Below are positions 34,855-42,730 of a stretch of DNA of 64,000 bases, piece after piece. The notes under the pieces are model-generated. The model made no database searches and had not been told where the DNA came from. It was given only the letters and a program-made list of their open reading frames with translations. This DNA is from a bacterium (GTDB taxonomy: Bacteria > Patescibacteriota > Patescibacteriia > UBA9934 > GWF2-40-263): assembly GCA_020057555.1 (NCBI GenBank), contig JAGVFR010000026.1:22631-86630 (forward strand), read 5' to 3'. Within the stretch, counting starts at the first letter, position 1; each line of letters starts with the position of its first letter. The translations under genes and the position numbers were made by a program.

Positions 34855-36252
34855 ATGCTTTCTCGAATTACTGAAAAAACTTTCTATCAATACATCAAAT
34901 GCCCGAATTGGGTTTACTTTGATGTGCATGCATTTGAAAAACGAGTTCGTGATCCTCTTATGGATCGCTTGATTGATGATGGGCTTCTTGATGAAAAACA
35001 GCGTGAGATCATTTCTGATCGCACTGACATGGTAGAAGTTACATCTGAAGATCCTGATGAAGCGTTTCGACAAACACTTGAGTTTATGCGCGAAGGTCGT
35101 CAAACGATTTTTCACTCTGTACTCATTGATAAAAATTTTGTTGGACATCCTGATGTGCTTGAAAAAGTTGAAGGGCGTTCGAAGCTTGGTGATTTTTATT
35201 ATGTTGCGGTTGATCTTAAACGTTCACGTTTTTTACGCGACGATCATAAATTTCAAGGATGTTTTTATGCTGAACTTCTTGAACGAATTCAAGATGTGAA
35301 GCCTGTTCAAGGTTACATCATCACACCTGACAAAATTGTTTTGCCATATTTGATTAGTGAGTTTGAAGGAGAATTCACTCTTACACTTTCAGAGATTGAA
35401 AAGATTATTGTTGGCACACAGCCAGTTCATTTTGTAACTTCAGGATGTAAACAATCACCATGGTTCAAAGAATGTCGTGGTGAATCCGAAACGTGCGATG
35501 ATTTGTCGTTATTGAATCGAGTTTGGCGTCAAGAAGTTGCTCGTTTGTTAAAAGCAGGAGTCAACACAATATCGGAACTTTCGCTAAAATCTTTGGTTGA
35601 TCTTGAGCGTTTGGCTCCTGATGTTAGTTCATCTCGGCTTGAGATTATGCGCGATCAAGCAATTGCGATAAAGGAGCATCGGCATATTTTTCGTGGAACG
35701 GTTGAACTTCCTGTTGCAAAGATCGAAGTTTTTTTTGATATTGAAAGTGATCCGCTTCGAGATTTTGATTATCTTTTTGGAGTGCTTGTAGTTGAAAATC
35801 GCAGTGAATCGTATCAATCGTTTTTTGCGGTAACTCCAGCGCAAGAAAAAGACGCGTGGGATGAGTTTGTCGCTTTTGTTGAAGGACATTTGGACGCGCC
35901 GATTTATCACTTTGGTCAGTTTGAAGTTGAAGTTGTTAATCGTTTTAGCGCGCGATATGGGATTTCTGCGATTGCGCGAGAAGCGCTTGAACGTAACATG
36001 ATTGATTTGCTTGAAGTGATTCGTCCTGCTGTAATTTTTCCTTTGTCATTTTATTCGCTCAAAGATATTGCCGCTTATTTGGGTTTTGAGTGGCGTGCTT
36101 CTGACGCATCTGGTGCGAATTCTGTTTTGTGGTTTGAAGAATGGTTGAAGAAAAAAAATCAAAAGTTGTTGCAAAAAATTCTTGAGTATAATGAAGATGA
36201 CGTGCGCGCAACTGCTCATGTAAAAAAATGGTTATGTGAAAATGCAATATGA
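34855..36252 (+). CDS. TM0106-family RecB-like nuclease
   Basis: N-terminal ITEKTFYQYIKCPNWVYF (PD-(D/E)xK/Cas4-like region), DIESDP exonuclease-like block and C-terminal YNEDDVRAT, typical of the family. Confidence 0.7.
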   Translation: MLSRITEKTFYQYIKCPNWVYFDVHAFEKRVRDPLMDRLIDDGLLDEKQREIISDRTDMVEVTSEDPDEAFRQTLEFMREGRQTIFHSVLIDKNFVGHPDVLEKVEGRSKLGDFYYVAVDLKRSRFLRDDHKFQGCFYAELLERIQDVKPVQGYIITPDKIVLPYLISEFEGEFTLTLSEIEKIIVGTQPVHFVTSGCKQSPWFKECRGESETCDDLSLLNRVWRQEVARLLKAGVNTISELSLKSLVDLERLAPDVSSSRLEIMRDQAIAIKEHRHIFRGTVELPVAKIEVFFDIESDPLRDFDYLFGVLVVENRSESYQSFFAVTPAQEKDAWDEFVAFVEGHLDAPIYHFGQFEVEVVNRFSARYGISAIAREALERNMIDLLEVIRPAVIFPLSFYSLKDIAAYLGFEWRASDASGANSVLWFEEWLKKKNQKLLQKILEYNEDDVRATAHVKKWLCENAI

Positions 36253-37139
36253 AAACAAGTTGGTTTCGAAATTGTGCGGAGTTAATTATCTTGATCGCTA
36301 TCATTGCCACGGTTTACACACAACGCGTGGGGATTTCGCAGTGGTTTCGAGAAATGATGGAGCCGTCTGTGCCAGAGGCAGTGGAGTTTGAAAAAATAAC
36401 AGAGGAAAAGGAAGAAGGTAGTCGCGGGCTTCAGCCCGCGCAAGCGCCAGTCATCCCGAGTGCCGTCGATGGATCTGAAGAAAAAATATTGCCTGAACCT
36501 GTTGAAGGCAGTATAGATGATGTAGTTGTCACTTCGACAAGCTCAGTGGATAAAATTTTGCCTGTTGAAATCAATCTCGCTGTTCCTTTTACATCTCAAG
36601 CTCCGCACGCGAATTGGGATTTACCATATAAAGAAACATGCGAAGAAGCATCGCTCTATATGGTTGATGTTTATTATAAAGGAGTAAAAGCGGGGAAGAT
36701 TGCGGCTGATACTGCGGACGAGGAGATTAAAAAAATTATAGAATTTGAAAAAGAAATTTTTGGATATTATGAAGACACAACCGCAGAACAAGTTGGAATT
36801 CTTGCGGAAATGATGTATGGTCACGAAAAAATTGAACTGATCGAAAATCCAACTGTTGAACAAATTAAAAAACATGTTGCTGAAGGACATCCGGTTATTG
36901 TTCCTGCGGCAGGACGAGAACTTGGTAATCCGAATTTCACAGCGCCTGGTCCGATATATCACATGTTAGTGATTCGCGGATACACAAAAGATGGTAAATT
37001 CATCACAAATGATCCGGGCACAAAAAACGGCGAAGCATATGTTTACGATTTTGACACAGTTATGAACGCGATGCATGATTGGAACAATGGTGACGAGATC
37101 ACGGAAGGAAAAAAGGTAGTACTAATTGTTTATCCATAA
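36249..37139 (+). CDS. C39-like peptidase domain protein, membrane-anchored
   Basis: N-terminal TM and a low-complexity linker. VPFTSQAPHANWDLPYKETCEEASLYM matches the Peptidase_C39_2-type N-terminus. Confidence 0.6.
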   Translation: MKTSWFRNCAELIILIAIIATVYTQRVGISQWFREMMEPSVPEAVEFEKITEEKEEGSRGLQPAQAPVIPSAVDGSEEKILPEPVEGSIDDVVVTSTSSVDKILPVEINLAVPFTSQAPHANWDLPYKETCEEASLYMVDVYYKGVKAGKIAADTADEEIKKIIEFEKEIFGYYEDTTAEQVGILAEMMYGHEKIELIENPTVEQIKKHVAEGHPVIVPAAGRELGNPNFTAPGPIYHMLVIRGYTKDGKFITNDPGTKNGEAYVYDFDTVMNAMHDWNNGDEITEGKKVVLIVYP

Positions 37140-37189
37140 TTCCAATCTTCCTTTCCCTTACCACTCGCCCCTTATCCCCCTTTCTCTAT

Positions 37190-37663
37190 ATGGACTACAT
37201 TCTTGGTGGATCACTTGGTGCAATTGTCGCTTTCATTTTCGCAATTCCCGCGATCGTTCTTGAGATCAAGCAAAAAGGTGAAGCGACTGATGCTCCGCTA
37301 ATTGTTGATGCGCGAAAAATTTTCGGTCGTCGTCTAAAAAAGCAAGAAGCATTTTTGGTTGGCTTGCTCATCCATATTATTTTTGGATTCTTGTTTGGAT
37401 TGATTTACGTTTTATTTGTTTTGCAAGGATGGCTGTTTGTCACGCACGCGCCATACACATTTTTGTCTTTAATTGTTTATGCGTTATTAAGTTGGATTGT
37501 CGCAGGAGTTGTTATTTATCCCGCGCTTGGTATGGGATTGTTTGCACGTCGTGAAGGAAAACACGTTTGGATTGAAACTCTCACGTCGCATTTGATTCTT
37601 GGAATTTGTTTGTGGCTTCTTGTTCAATATTATCAGCCACAGTTTTTTATTATTCCAATTTAA
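37190..37663 (+). CDS. hypothetical polytopic membrane protein
   Basis: 157 aa with about 4 hydrophobic helices. No family recognised. Confidence 0.5.
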   Translation: MDYILGGSLGAIVAFIFAIPAIVLEIKQKGEATDAPLIVDARKIFGRRLKKQEAFLVGLLIHIIFGFLFGLIYVLFVLQGWLFVTHAPYTFLSLIVYALLSWIVAGVVIYPALGMGLFARREGKHVWIETLTSHLILGICLWLLVQYYQPQFFIIPI

Positions 37664-37668
37664 ACTAG

Positions 37669-37841
37669 TCGTTGCGAAGCCGAACCATGTCTCCGGGCCA
37701 ACGGACTTTTCGCCGTTTGTGTTGTCCGGTCTGGCTTTCAGACAGACATCGGCCAACCCGTTTCGGAGGTACGAAGCCAAGCAGTTGGCTTCTTTACTCC
37801 TCCTCTACTCCCTTCGACATGGTTCGAGCTTCGCAACGACA
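37669..37841 (-). repeat. conserved-core hairpin element, copy 4 (expanded, 173 nt)
   Basis: 24-25-nt outer stem GTCGTTGCGAAGCCGAACCATGTC / GACATGGTTCGAGCTTCGCAACGAC. Core on the minus strand AAACGGCGAAAAGTCCGTTGGCCCGGAGACATG. Inner hairpin GAAGCCAA-GCAG-TTGGCTTC. Confidence 0.6.
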
Positions 37842-37846
37842 GAAAT

Positions 37847-39040
37847 GTGAATACTCTCCGCACAATTTCAGTTGCAGAATTTATCAAGCTTGTAAACGAA
37901 ACTCTGCGACTTATTCCGTCGCAGGAGTTTGTTGTTGAAGGTGAAATTTCCGATTTTCGAATTGCGCAAGATAAGTGGATCAGCTTTGATTTGAAAGATG
38001 AAAATGGAGAAGCAGTGCTTAAGTGTTTCATGACAACTTGGCAATTGCGTGTACAGATAGAAGATGGAATGCGTGTGCAAGTCCGTGGAACTCCAAAAGT
38101 TTATGAGCGATACGGGCAGTTCAAAATGAATGTTCAGGAAGTCGAGCCTGTTGGAGAAGGAGCTCTTAAACGCGCGTACGAACTTTTGAAAAAGAAACTT
38201 GAGCAAGAAGGTTTGTTTGATGTTTCGCGCAAACGTTCTTTGCCGCGTTTTCCAAAACGAATCGGTCTTATCACTTCTCGCGATGCGGCCGCGTACGGCG
38301 ACTTTCTTCAAATTCTAAACAACCGTTGGGGAGGCGTTTCAGTTTTTCATTTGAATGTTCATGTTCAAGGCAGGGAAGCAGTATCAGATTTACTCGGAGC
38401 GTTTGAGTATTTCAATGAGTTGTCTGATACAGAGCGTCCCGATGTCTTGGTTCTTACTCGTGGTGGTGGAGGGTTGGAAGATTTACACGCATTTAACGAC
38501 GAGAGTGTTGCGCGCGCAGTATTCGGTTCAAAAATTCCAGTTGTGTGTGGAGTCGGACATGAACGTGACGAATCGCTTTGTGATTTTGTTGCTGATGTTC
38601 GCGCGTCAACTCCATCAAACGCGGCAGAAAGAGTTGTTCCAAACAGAGAAGAAGTTCGTTATGAAATTGAGATGATGTGTCAACATTCTGAAGAGCGTTT
38701 GCTTAACCAGTTGAGTCAGAAATCATTGATTGTTGAACGCGCAACAAATGTGATAGGGCGAATCATTAGTCAACAAAATGAACGGCTGAAGCATTTGCGT
38801 CAGAGATTTTTTGACGTGACTCATGTTTGGGCGCCAGCGCTTTTTGATCAAATAGATGGATTTGAAAAGATTTTGCGACAACTTGATCCAAAACGTGTGC
38901 TTGCTCGCGGCTACGGAATTGTTACGATAAACGGCCAAGTCTTAAAGGATGTTTCATCACTTGAAATCGGAGCTTCTGTTGGAGTACAATTGGCAAAAGG
39001 CTCATTTGAATCTTATGTCACAAAAAAAGAAAACAATTGA
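37847..39040 (+). CDS. xseA: exodeoxyribonuclease VII large subunit
   Basis: 397 aa (GTG start). OB-fold N-terminus and a conserved GLITSRDAAAYGDF...RGGGGLEDL block. Confidence 0.9.
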   Translation: MNTLRTISVAEFIKLVNETLRLIPSQEFVVEGEISDFRIAQDKWISFDLKDENGEAVLKCFMTTWQLRVQIEDGMRVQVRGTPKVYERYGQFKMNVQEVEPVGEGALKRAYELLKKKLEQEGLFDVSRKRSLPRFPKRIGLITSRDAAAYGDFLQILNNRWGGVSVFHLNVHVQGREAVSDLLGAFEYFNELSDTERPDVLVLTRGGGGLEDLHAFNDESVARAVFGSKIPVVCGVGHERDESLCDFVADVRASTPSNAAERVVPNREEVRYEIEMMCQHSEERLLNQLSQKSLIVERATNVIGRIISQQNERLKHLRQRFFDVTHVWAPALFDQIDGFEKILRQLDPKRVLARGYGIVTINGQVLKDVSSLEIGASVGVQLAKGSFESYVTKKENN

Positions 39041-39221
39041 TTTTGCGTCATCTTTTGAAGAGTTGGAAAAGATTACACAATGGTTTGATTCTGAAGAGAA
39101 TGTTGATGTTGAAGTTGGTTTGAAAAAGTTTGAGCGCGGGCTTGAACTCGCGAGCGAGCTCAAAAAGAAATTGTCTGAAGTTGAAAATAAAGTCGAAGAG
39201 ATAAAGAAAAAATTTACTTAA
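39015..39221 (+). CDS. xseB: exodeoxyribonuclease VII small subunit
   Basis: FEELEKITQWFDSEENVDVEVGLKKFERGLELA pattern. Start refined to ATG 39015. Confidence 0.8.
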   Translation: MSQKKKTIDFASSFEELEKITQWFDSEENVDVEVGLKKFERGLELASELKKKLSEVENKVEEIKKKFT

Positions 39222-39222
39222 T

Positions 39223-39576
39223 ATGTCTTATCTAATTTTTCGCTGGATTATCAATGCGATCGCGCTTTTGCTTGTTGCGTATTTGGTTCCGGGTTTTGTT
39301 GTTGTTAGTTTGTACAACGCGCTGATAGCCGCATTAGTGCTTGGACTTGTGAACGCGCTCATTCGTCCTCTGTTGTTCATCTTGACGCTTCCGATAACGA
39401 TTCTTACACTTGGACTTTTCACTTTTGTCATCAACGCGCTCATGATTTGGTTTGTCTCAACAGTTGTTGATGGATTTGATGTCGCAGGTTTCACTCCGGC
39501 TTTGCTCGCGGCAATTATTTTGTGGGTGATAAGTATGGTGACGAATTGGATGATAGATCAAGCAAAGGAAACGTAA
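39223..39576 (+). CDS. phage-holin-family (superfamily IV, PF04020-like) membrane protein
   Basis: 117 aa with 4 TM. N-terminus FRWIINAIALLLVAYLVPGF is typical of the family. Confidence 0.6.
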   Translation: MSYLIFRWIINAIALLLVAYLVPGFVVVSLYNALIAALVLGLVNALIRPLLFILTLPITILTLGLFTFVINALMIWFVSTVVDGFDVAGFTPALLAAIILWVISMVTNWMIDQAKET

Positions 39577-39711
39577 CCGCTCCAAAACTCGCGATCTTTA
39601 GTTTTACGGGCACCCAGGCGTCTCTTCGACGTACGTTTCAGTACGTCTTCAGAGTCGCCAGCCCGTTCAACTAAATCTCATCGAGTTTTGAAACGGTTTG
39701 CCAACTATTTT

Positions 39712-40431
39712 ATGCTACACAAAAATTCTCTCGAACCTTCAACGCTCGTCATTTCAGTTGGCGGATCACTTGTTGTTCCAAACGGCGGAATCGACACAGT
39801 GTTTCTCAAAGATTTCAAAAAATTAATTTCCAATCACATCAAAAGTGGTTGGCGTTTTGTAATTGTTGTTGGTGGGGGTGGAACCGCTCGGCAGTATCAA
39901 TCCGCGGCTCGCGCGATTGGAAAGATCACACCGGAAGATATTGATTGGATCGGTATTCATTCAACAAGATTGAACGGCCATCTAATGCGTACAATTTTTC
40001 GAGACATCGCGCATCCTGTTATGATCAAAGACCCAACTCGTCCTTTATCAAAATGGACCGGACCTGTTTTAATAGCGGCCGGATGGAAACCCGGATGGTC
40101 AACCGATTATGTTGCAACGCGTTTGGCAAAACGTTTCAAAGCAAAAGTCGTTGTGAATTTGTCCAACGTTGATTATGTGTATGACAAAGATCCAAACAAA
40201 CATTCTGATGCAACAGCGATTTGTGAAATGAGTTGGAAGGATTTTCGAAAAATAGTCGGCAACAAATGGGATCCCGGAATGAATGTTCCGTTTGATCCAA
40301 TCGCGTCACGCTTAGCGCATCAATCCGGAATTTCTGTGGCGCTTCTTAATGGAAAAAACATCAAAAATTTGAATGACTTTTTGTCTGGCCGAAAGTTTAT
40401 TGGAAGTGTAATCGGCGGTCACAGCGCTTGA
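39712..40431 (+). CDS. pyrH: UMP kinase, archaeal-type
   Basis: VISVGGSLV and VIVVGGGGTARQY amino-acid-kinase motifs. The ORF opens at 39688 and ATG is at 39712. Confidence 0.7.
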   Translation: MLHKNSLEPSTLVISVGGSLVVPNGGIDTVFLKDFKKLISNHIKSGWRFVIVVGGGGTARQYQSAARAIGKITPEDIDWIGIHSTRLNGHLMRTIFRDIAHPVMIKDPTRPLSKWTGPVLIAAGWKPGWSTDYVATRLAKRFKAKVVVNLSNVDYVYDKDPNKHSDATAICEMSWKDFRKIVGNKWDPGMNVPFDPIASRLAHQSGISVALLNGKNIKNLNDFLSGRKFIGSVIGGHSA

Positions 40432-40496
40432 CTTTTTGTTGTTAAAATGATGAAATAGGTCGTCCATGCATGAAATGCATAGGAAAGGAGAAAGGG

Positions 40497-41057
40497 ATGA
40501 GGTTTTTCGTTGTAGTTCTGTTCGTTCTCACAGGGTTCGTTCCGATGGCCTATGCGCAAGAGGAATGTCCTGAAAGTCAGATCATTTCTGATAGTGTCGA
40601 AGCCGAGGTCTGCAAGCTCGATCCAAAAGACAGAGCAGTCGTTGACAAGATCAAGGACGTTCTCTCGCGAGCGAACGAGAAGGAACTCGACAGACTTCGA
40701 ACAAAGATCAAGAACGATCCTGCGTGGAAGATCGCGAACGAAACGCAGAGAGCGTTTTGGCAAGAAGTTATCAACATCGCTTTCATCCATCTCTGGCAAG
40801 ACGACTGTCTTACTCTCTATCTCATGCTCGGTTATTACAGTCGCGCGAATCATACGAAGGTGGATGAGGAATGTGCACGGAACATAGAAAGGCTTGTGTC
40901 AACACTTATAGACACGAAGTCGCCGTTTCCTTCTCCGCACGAAGATTGCCGCAAGGATGATCCAGTGGCTGTTGCGCGGTTCGATCAAGCGCTGGCTTAT
41001 TTTTACATAGTGTATCGCGTGAAGTACAAGTGTCATTGCGATACGGAAGGATACTGA
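40497..41057 (+). CDS. secreted cysteine-rich hypothetical protein (orphan, composition-atypical)
   Basis: Start refined to ATG 40497 behind AGGAGA. Signal peptide MRFFVVVLFVLTGFVPMAYA with 8 Cys in the mature part. Own terminator. Confidence 0.5.
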   Translation: MRFFVVVLFVLTGFVPMAYAQEECPESQIISDSVEAEVCKLDPKDRAVVDKIKDVLSRANEKELDRLRTKIKNDPAWKIANETQRAFWQEVINIAFIHLWQDDCLTLYLMLGYYSRANHTKVDEECARNIERLVSTLIDTKSPFPSPHEDCRKDDPVAVARFDQALAYFYIVYRVKYKCHCDTEGY

Positions 41058-41141
41058 CGTGGTTTACATTTTCATTTCTTTGTTCGTCGTGTTCATCGCG
41101 TCAATGGTGATGAAAATGGCAATACTCTGATCATGTCTATG

Positions 41142-41171
41142 CCTGTTCGCAACTCGCGAGCAGGTTTTTTT
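41142..41171 (+). terminator. intrinsic terminator
   Basis: CCTGTTCGC-AACTC-GCGAGCAGG followed by TTTTTTT. Confidence 0.65.
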
Positions 41172-41182
41172 GTACCGTTACC

Positions 41183-41211
41183 TTGACACTTGTTTCCAGA
41201 TTTATTAGTAT
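41183..41211 (+). promoter_or_regulatory. candidate promoter of rplJL
   Basis: TTGACA (41183-41188), 17 nt, TAGTAT (41206-41211). Confidence 0.4.
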
Positions 41212-41217
41212 ATCTTC

Positions 41218-41428
41218 GAACTAGAGATTCGCCGTAGAAAACGGGTTCCGAAAGGATAAATCCCGTCGAGGTGAAAGAAAAACGTTTGGCGTTTTTCGAT
41301 CAACTTGCGGTGTGAATCGCAGGTTCTTTTATTAAAGGTCGAAAAATAAATAGCCATTAGCCGTTAGCCACTAGCCTTTAGGAAGGCAGTTAATCGAGCT
41401 AATAGCTAAAGGCTAACAGCTTTCCCTT
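41218..41428 (+). promoter_or_regulatory. structured rplJ leader (possible L10-type autoregulatory leader)
   Basis: About 210-nt leader. 9-bp hairpin CGAAAAACG/CGTTTTTCG. Terminator-like CTTGCG-N8-CGCAGG + TTCTTTTA. TAGCC/GGCTA word hairpin before the ATG. Confidence 0.3.
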
Positions 41429-41956
41429 ATGCCAAAAACACGTTCACAAAAAGAAACAATAGTCGCGGAGCTTGCAGATAAACTCTCGCGCATCAAATCA
41501 GCAGTTTTTACATCCATTTCAGGATACACAATGGATGATGCAAACGCTTTGCGCTCGAAAGGTCGTGCACAAGGTGTTGAAGCAGTAGTTGCAAAAAAAA
41601 CTTTGCTTGTCAAAGCGCTTGAGAAAAGTAATTTATCAGTTATTGCTGATGAACTTCAAGGAAGCATTTTGACAACAATGGGATATAACGACGAAGTCTC
41701 GGCCGTCAAACTCATCGCTGGTCTTATCAAAGATCGCGAAGGCATCAAGATTATTGGCGGGATTCTAGAAGGACGTTATGTAAACGCTGATGCAATCAAA
41801 CAACTTGCCACTTTGCCAAGCAAAGAAGAGTTGTACGCGAAAGTTGTTGGATCGATCAACGCGCCAATTTCTGGATTCGTCAATGCACTTGCAGGCAATT
41901 TGCGAAATCTCGTTTACGTTTTGAATGCAGTTAAAGATTCAAAACCTAACTCATAA
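41429..41956 (+). CDS. rplJ: 50S ribosomal protein L10
   Basis: 175 aa with the L10 pattern ([12 protein letters not shown]...), immediately upstream of rplL. Confidence 0.9.
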   Translation: MPKTRSQKETIVAELADKLSRIKSAVFTSISGYTMDDANALRSKGRAQGVEAVVAKKTLLVKALEKSNLSVIADELQGSILTTMGYNDEVSAVKLIAGLIKDREGIKIIGGILEGRYVNADAIKQLATLPSKEELYAKVVGSINAPISGFVNALAGNLRNLVYVLNAVKDSKPNS

Positions 41957-41997
41957 TTCATTCAGATGGAACGCTAAAGCGTTCCGCTACAATTACT

Positions 41998-42402
41998 ATG
42001 TCAGATGAAACAACAGTGGTCGAGGTTCCTGCAAAGTTTCAGGATCTCGTTACAAAGATCGAGCAAATGTCCGTTTTAGACCTTGCAGAACTTGTAAAAA
42101 TTCTTGAAAAGAAATTCGGCGTGAGTGCCGCGGCTCCAGCAATGATGATGGCAGGAGGCGCAGGAGCAGGTGCGGCAGTAGTTGAAGAGAAAACATCATT
42201 CGATGTTGAATTCACAGCCGCCGGCGAAAACAAGATCGGTTCGATCAAAGTTGTCCGCGCGATCACAGGCCTTGGACTTAAAGAGGCAAAGGATCTCGTT
42301 GACGGAGCTCCAAAGATGGTGAAGGAAGGAGTCACAAAAGAGCAAGCAGAAGATATGAAGAAACAGCTCGAGGAAGCTGGAGCAAAAGTCACAATCAAGT
42401 AA
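41998..42402 (+). CDS. rplL: 50S ribosomal protein L7/L12
   Basis: 134 aa. Ala/Gly hinge and C-terminal domain [27 protein letters not shown]. Confidence 0.9.
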   Translation: MSDETTVVEVPAKFQDLVTKIEQMSVLDLAELVKILEKKFGVSAAAPAMMMAGGAGAGAAVVEEKTSFDVEFTAAGENKIGSIKVVRAITGLGLKEAKDLVDGAPKMVKEGVTKEQAEDMKKQLEEAGAKVTIK

Positions 42403-42405
42403 TTC

Positions 42406-42430
42406 AAAAACAGGCGCAAGCCTGTTTTTT
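42406..42430 (+). terminator. intrinsic terminator after rplL
   Basis: AAAAA-CAGGC-GCAA-GCCTG-TTTTTT. Confidence 0.7.
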
Positions 42431-42730
42431 CTTACTCTTTTTTCTAGTTTGTTGTGCAAGTATTTAGATCGTCCGTATCCTCTGTTCTTGATCGTTGTCG
42501 TGAGTCGAAGAGGATAACCAACGTAAGTGGCGGTGGCTTATTTCTCGACGGCGTGGATCGACGTAGATGACCAAACGATTTTACTTTTAGTCTCAATACA
42601 TTCAATAAACTACACAAGAGACAGTTACGGGACATTTTTTCTGCCGTTGGTTCTGTATGAAGGCCAAGAAAAAGGAGTTCCGTCTGTCTCCACTGGAACA
42701 AACGATGGTTGAAGGTGGATAAAAAACAGA

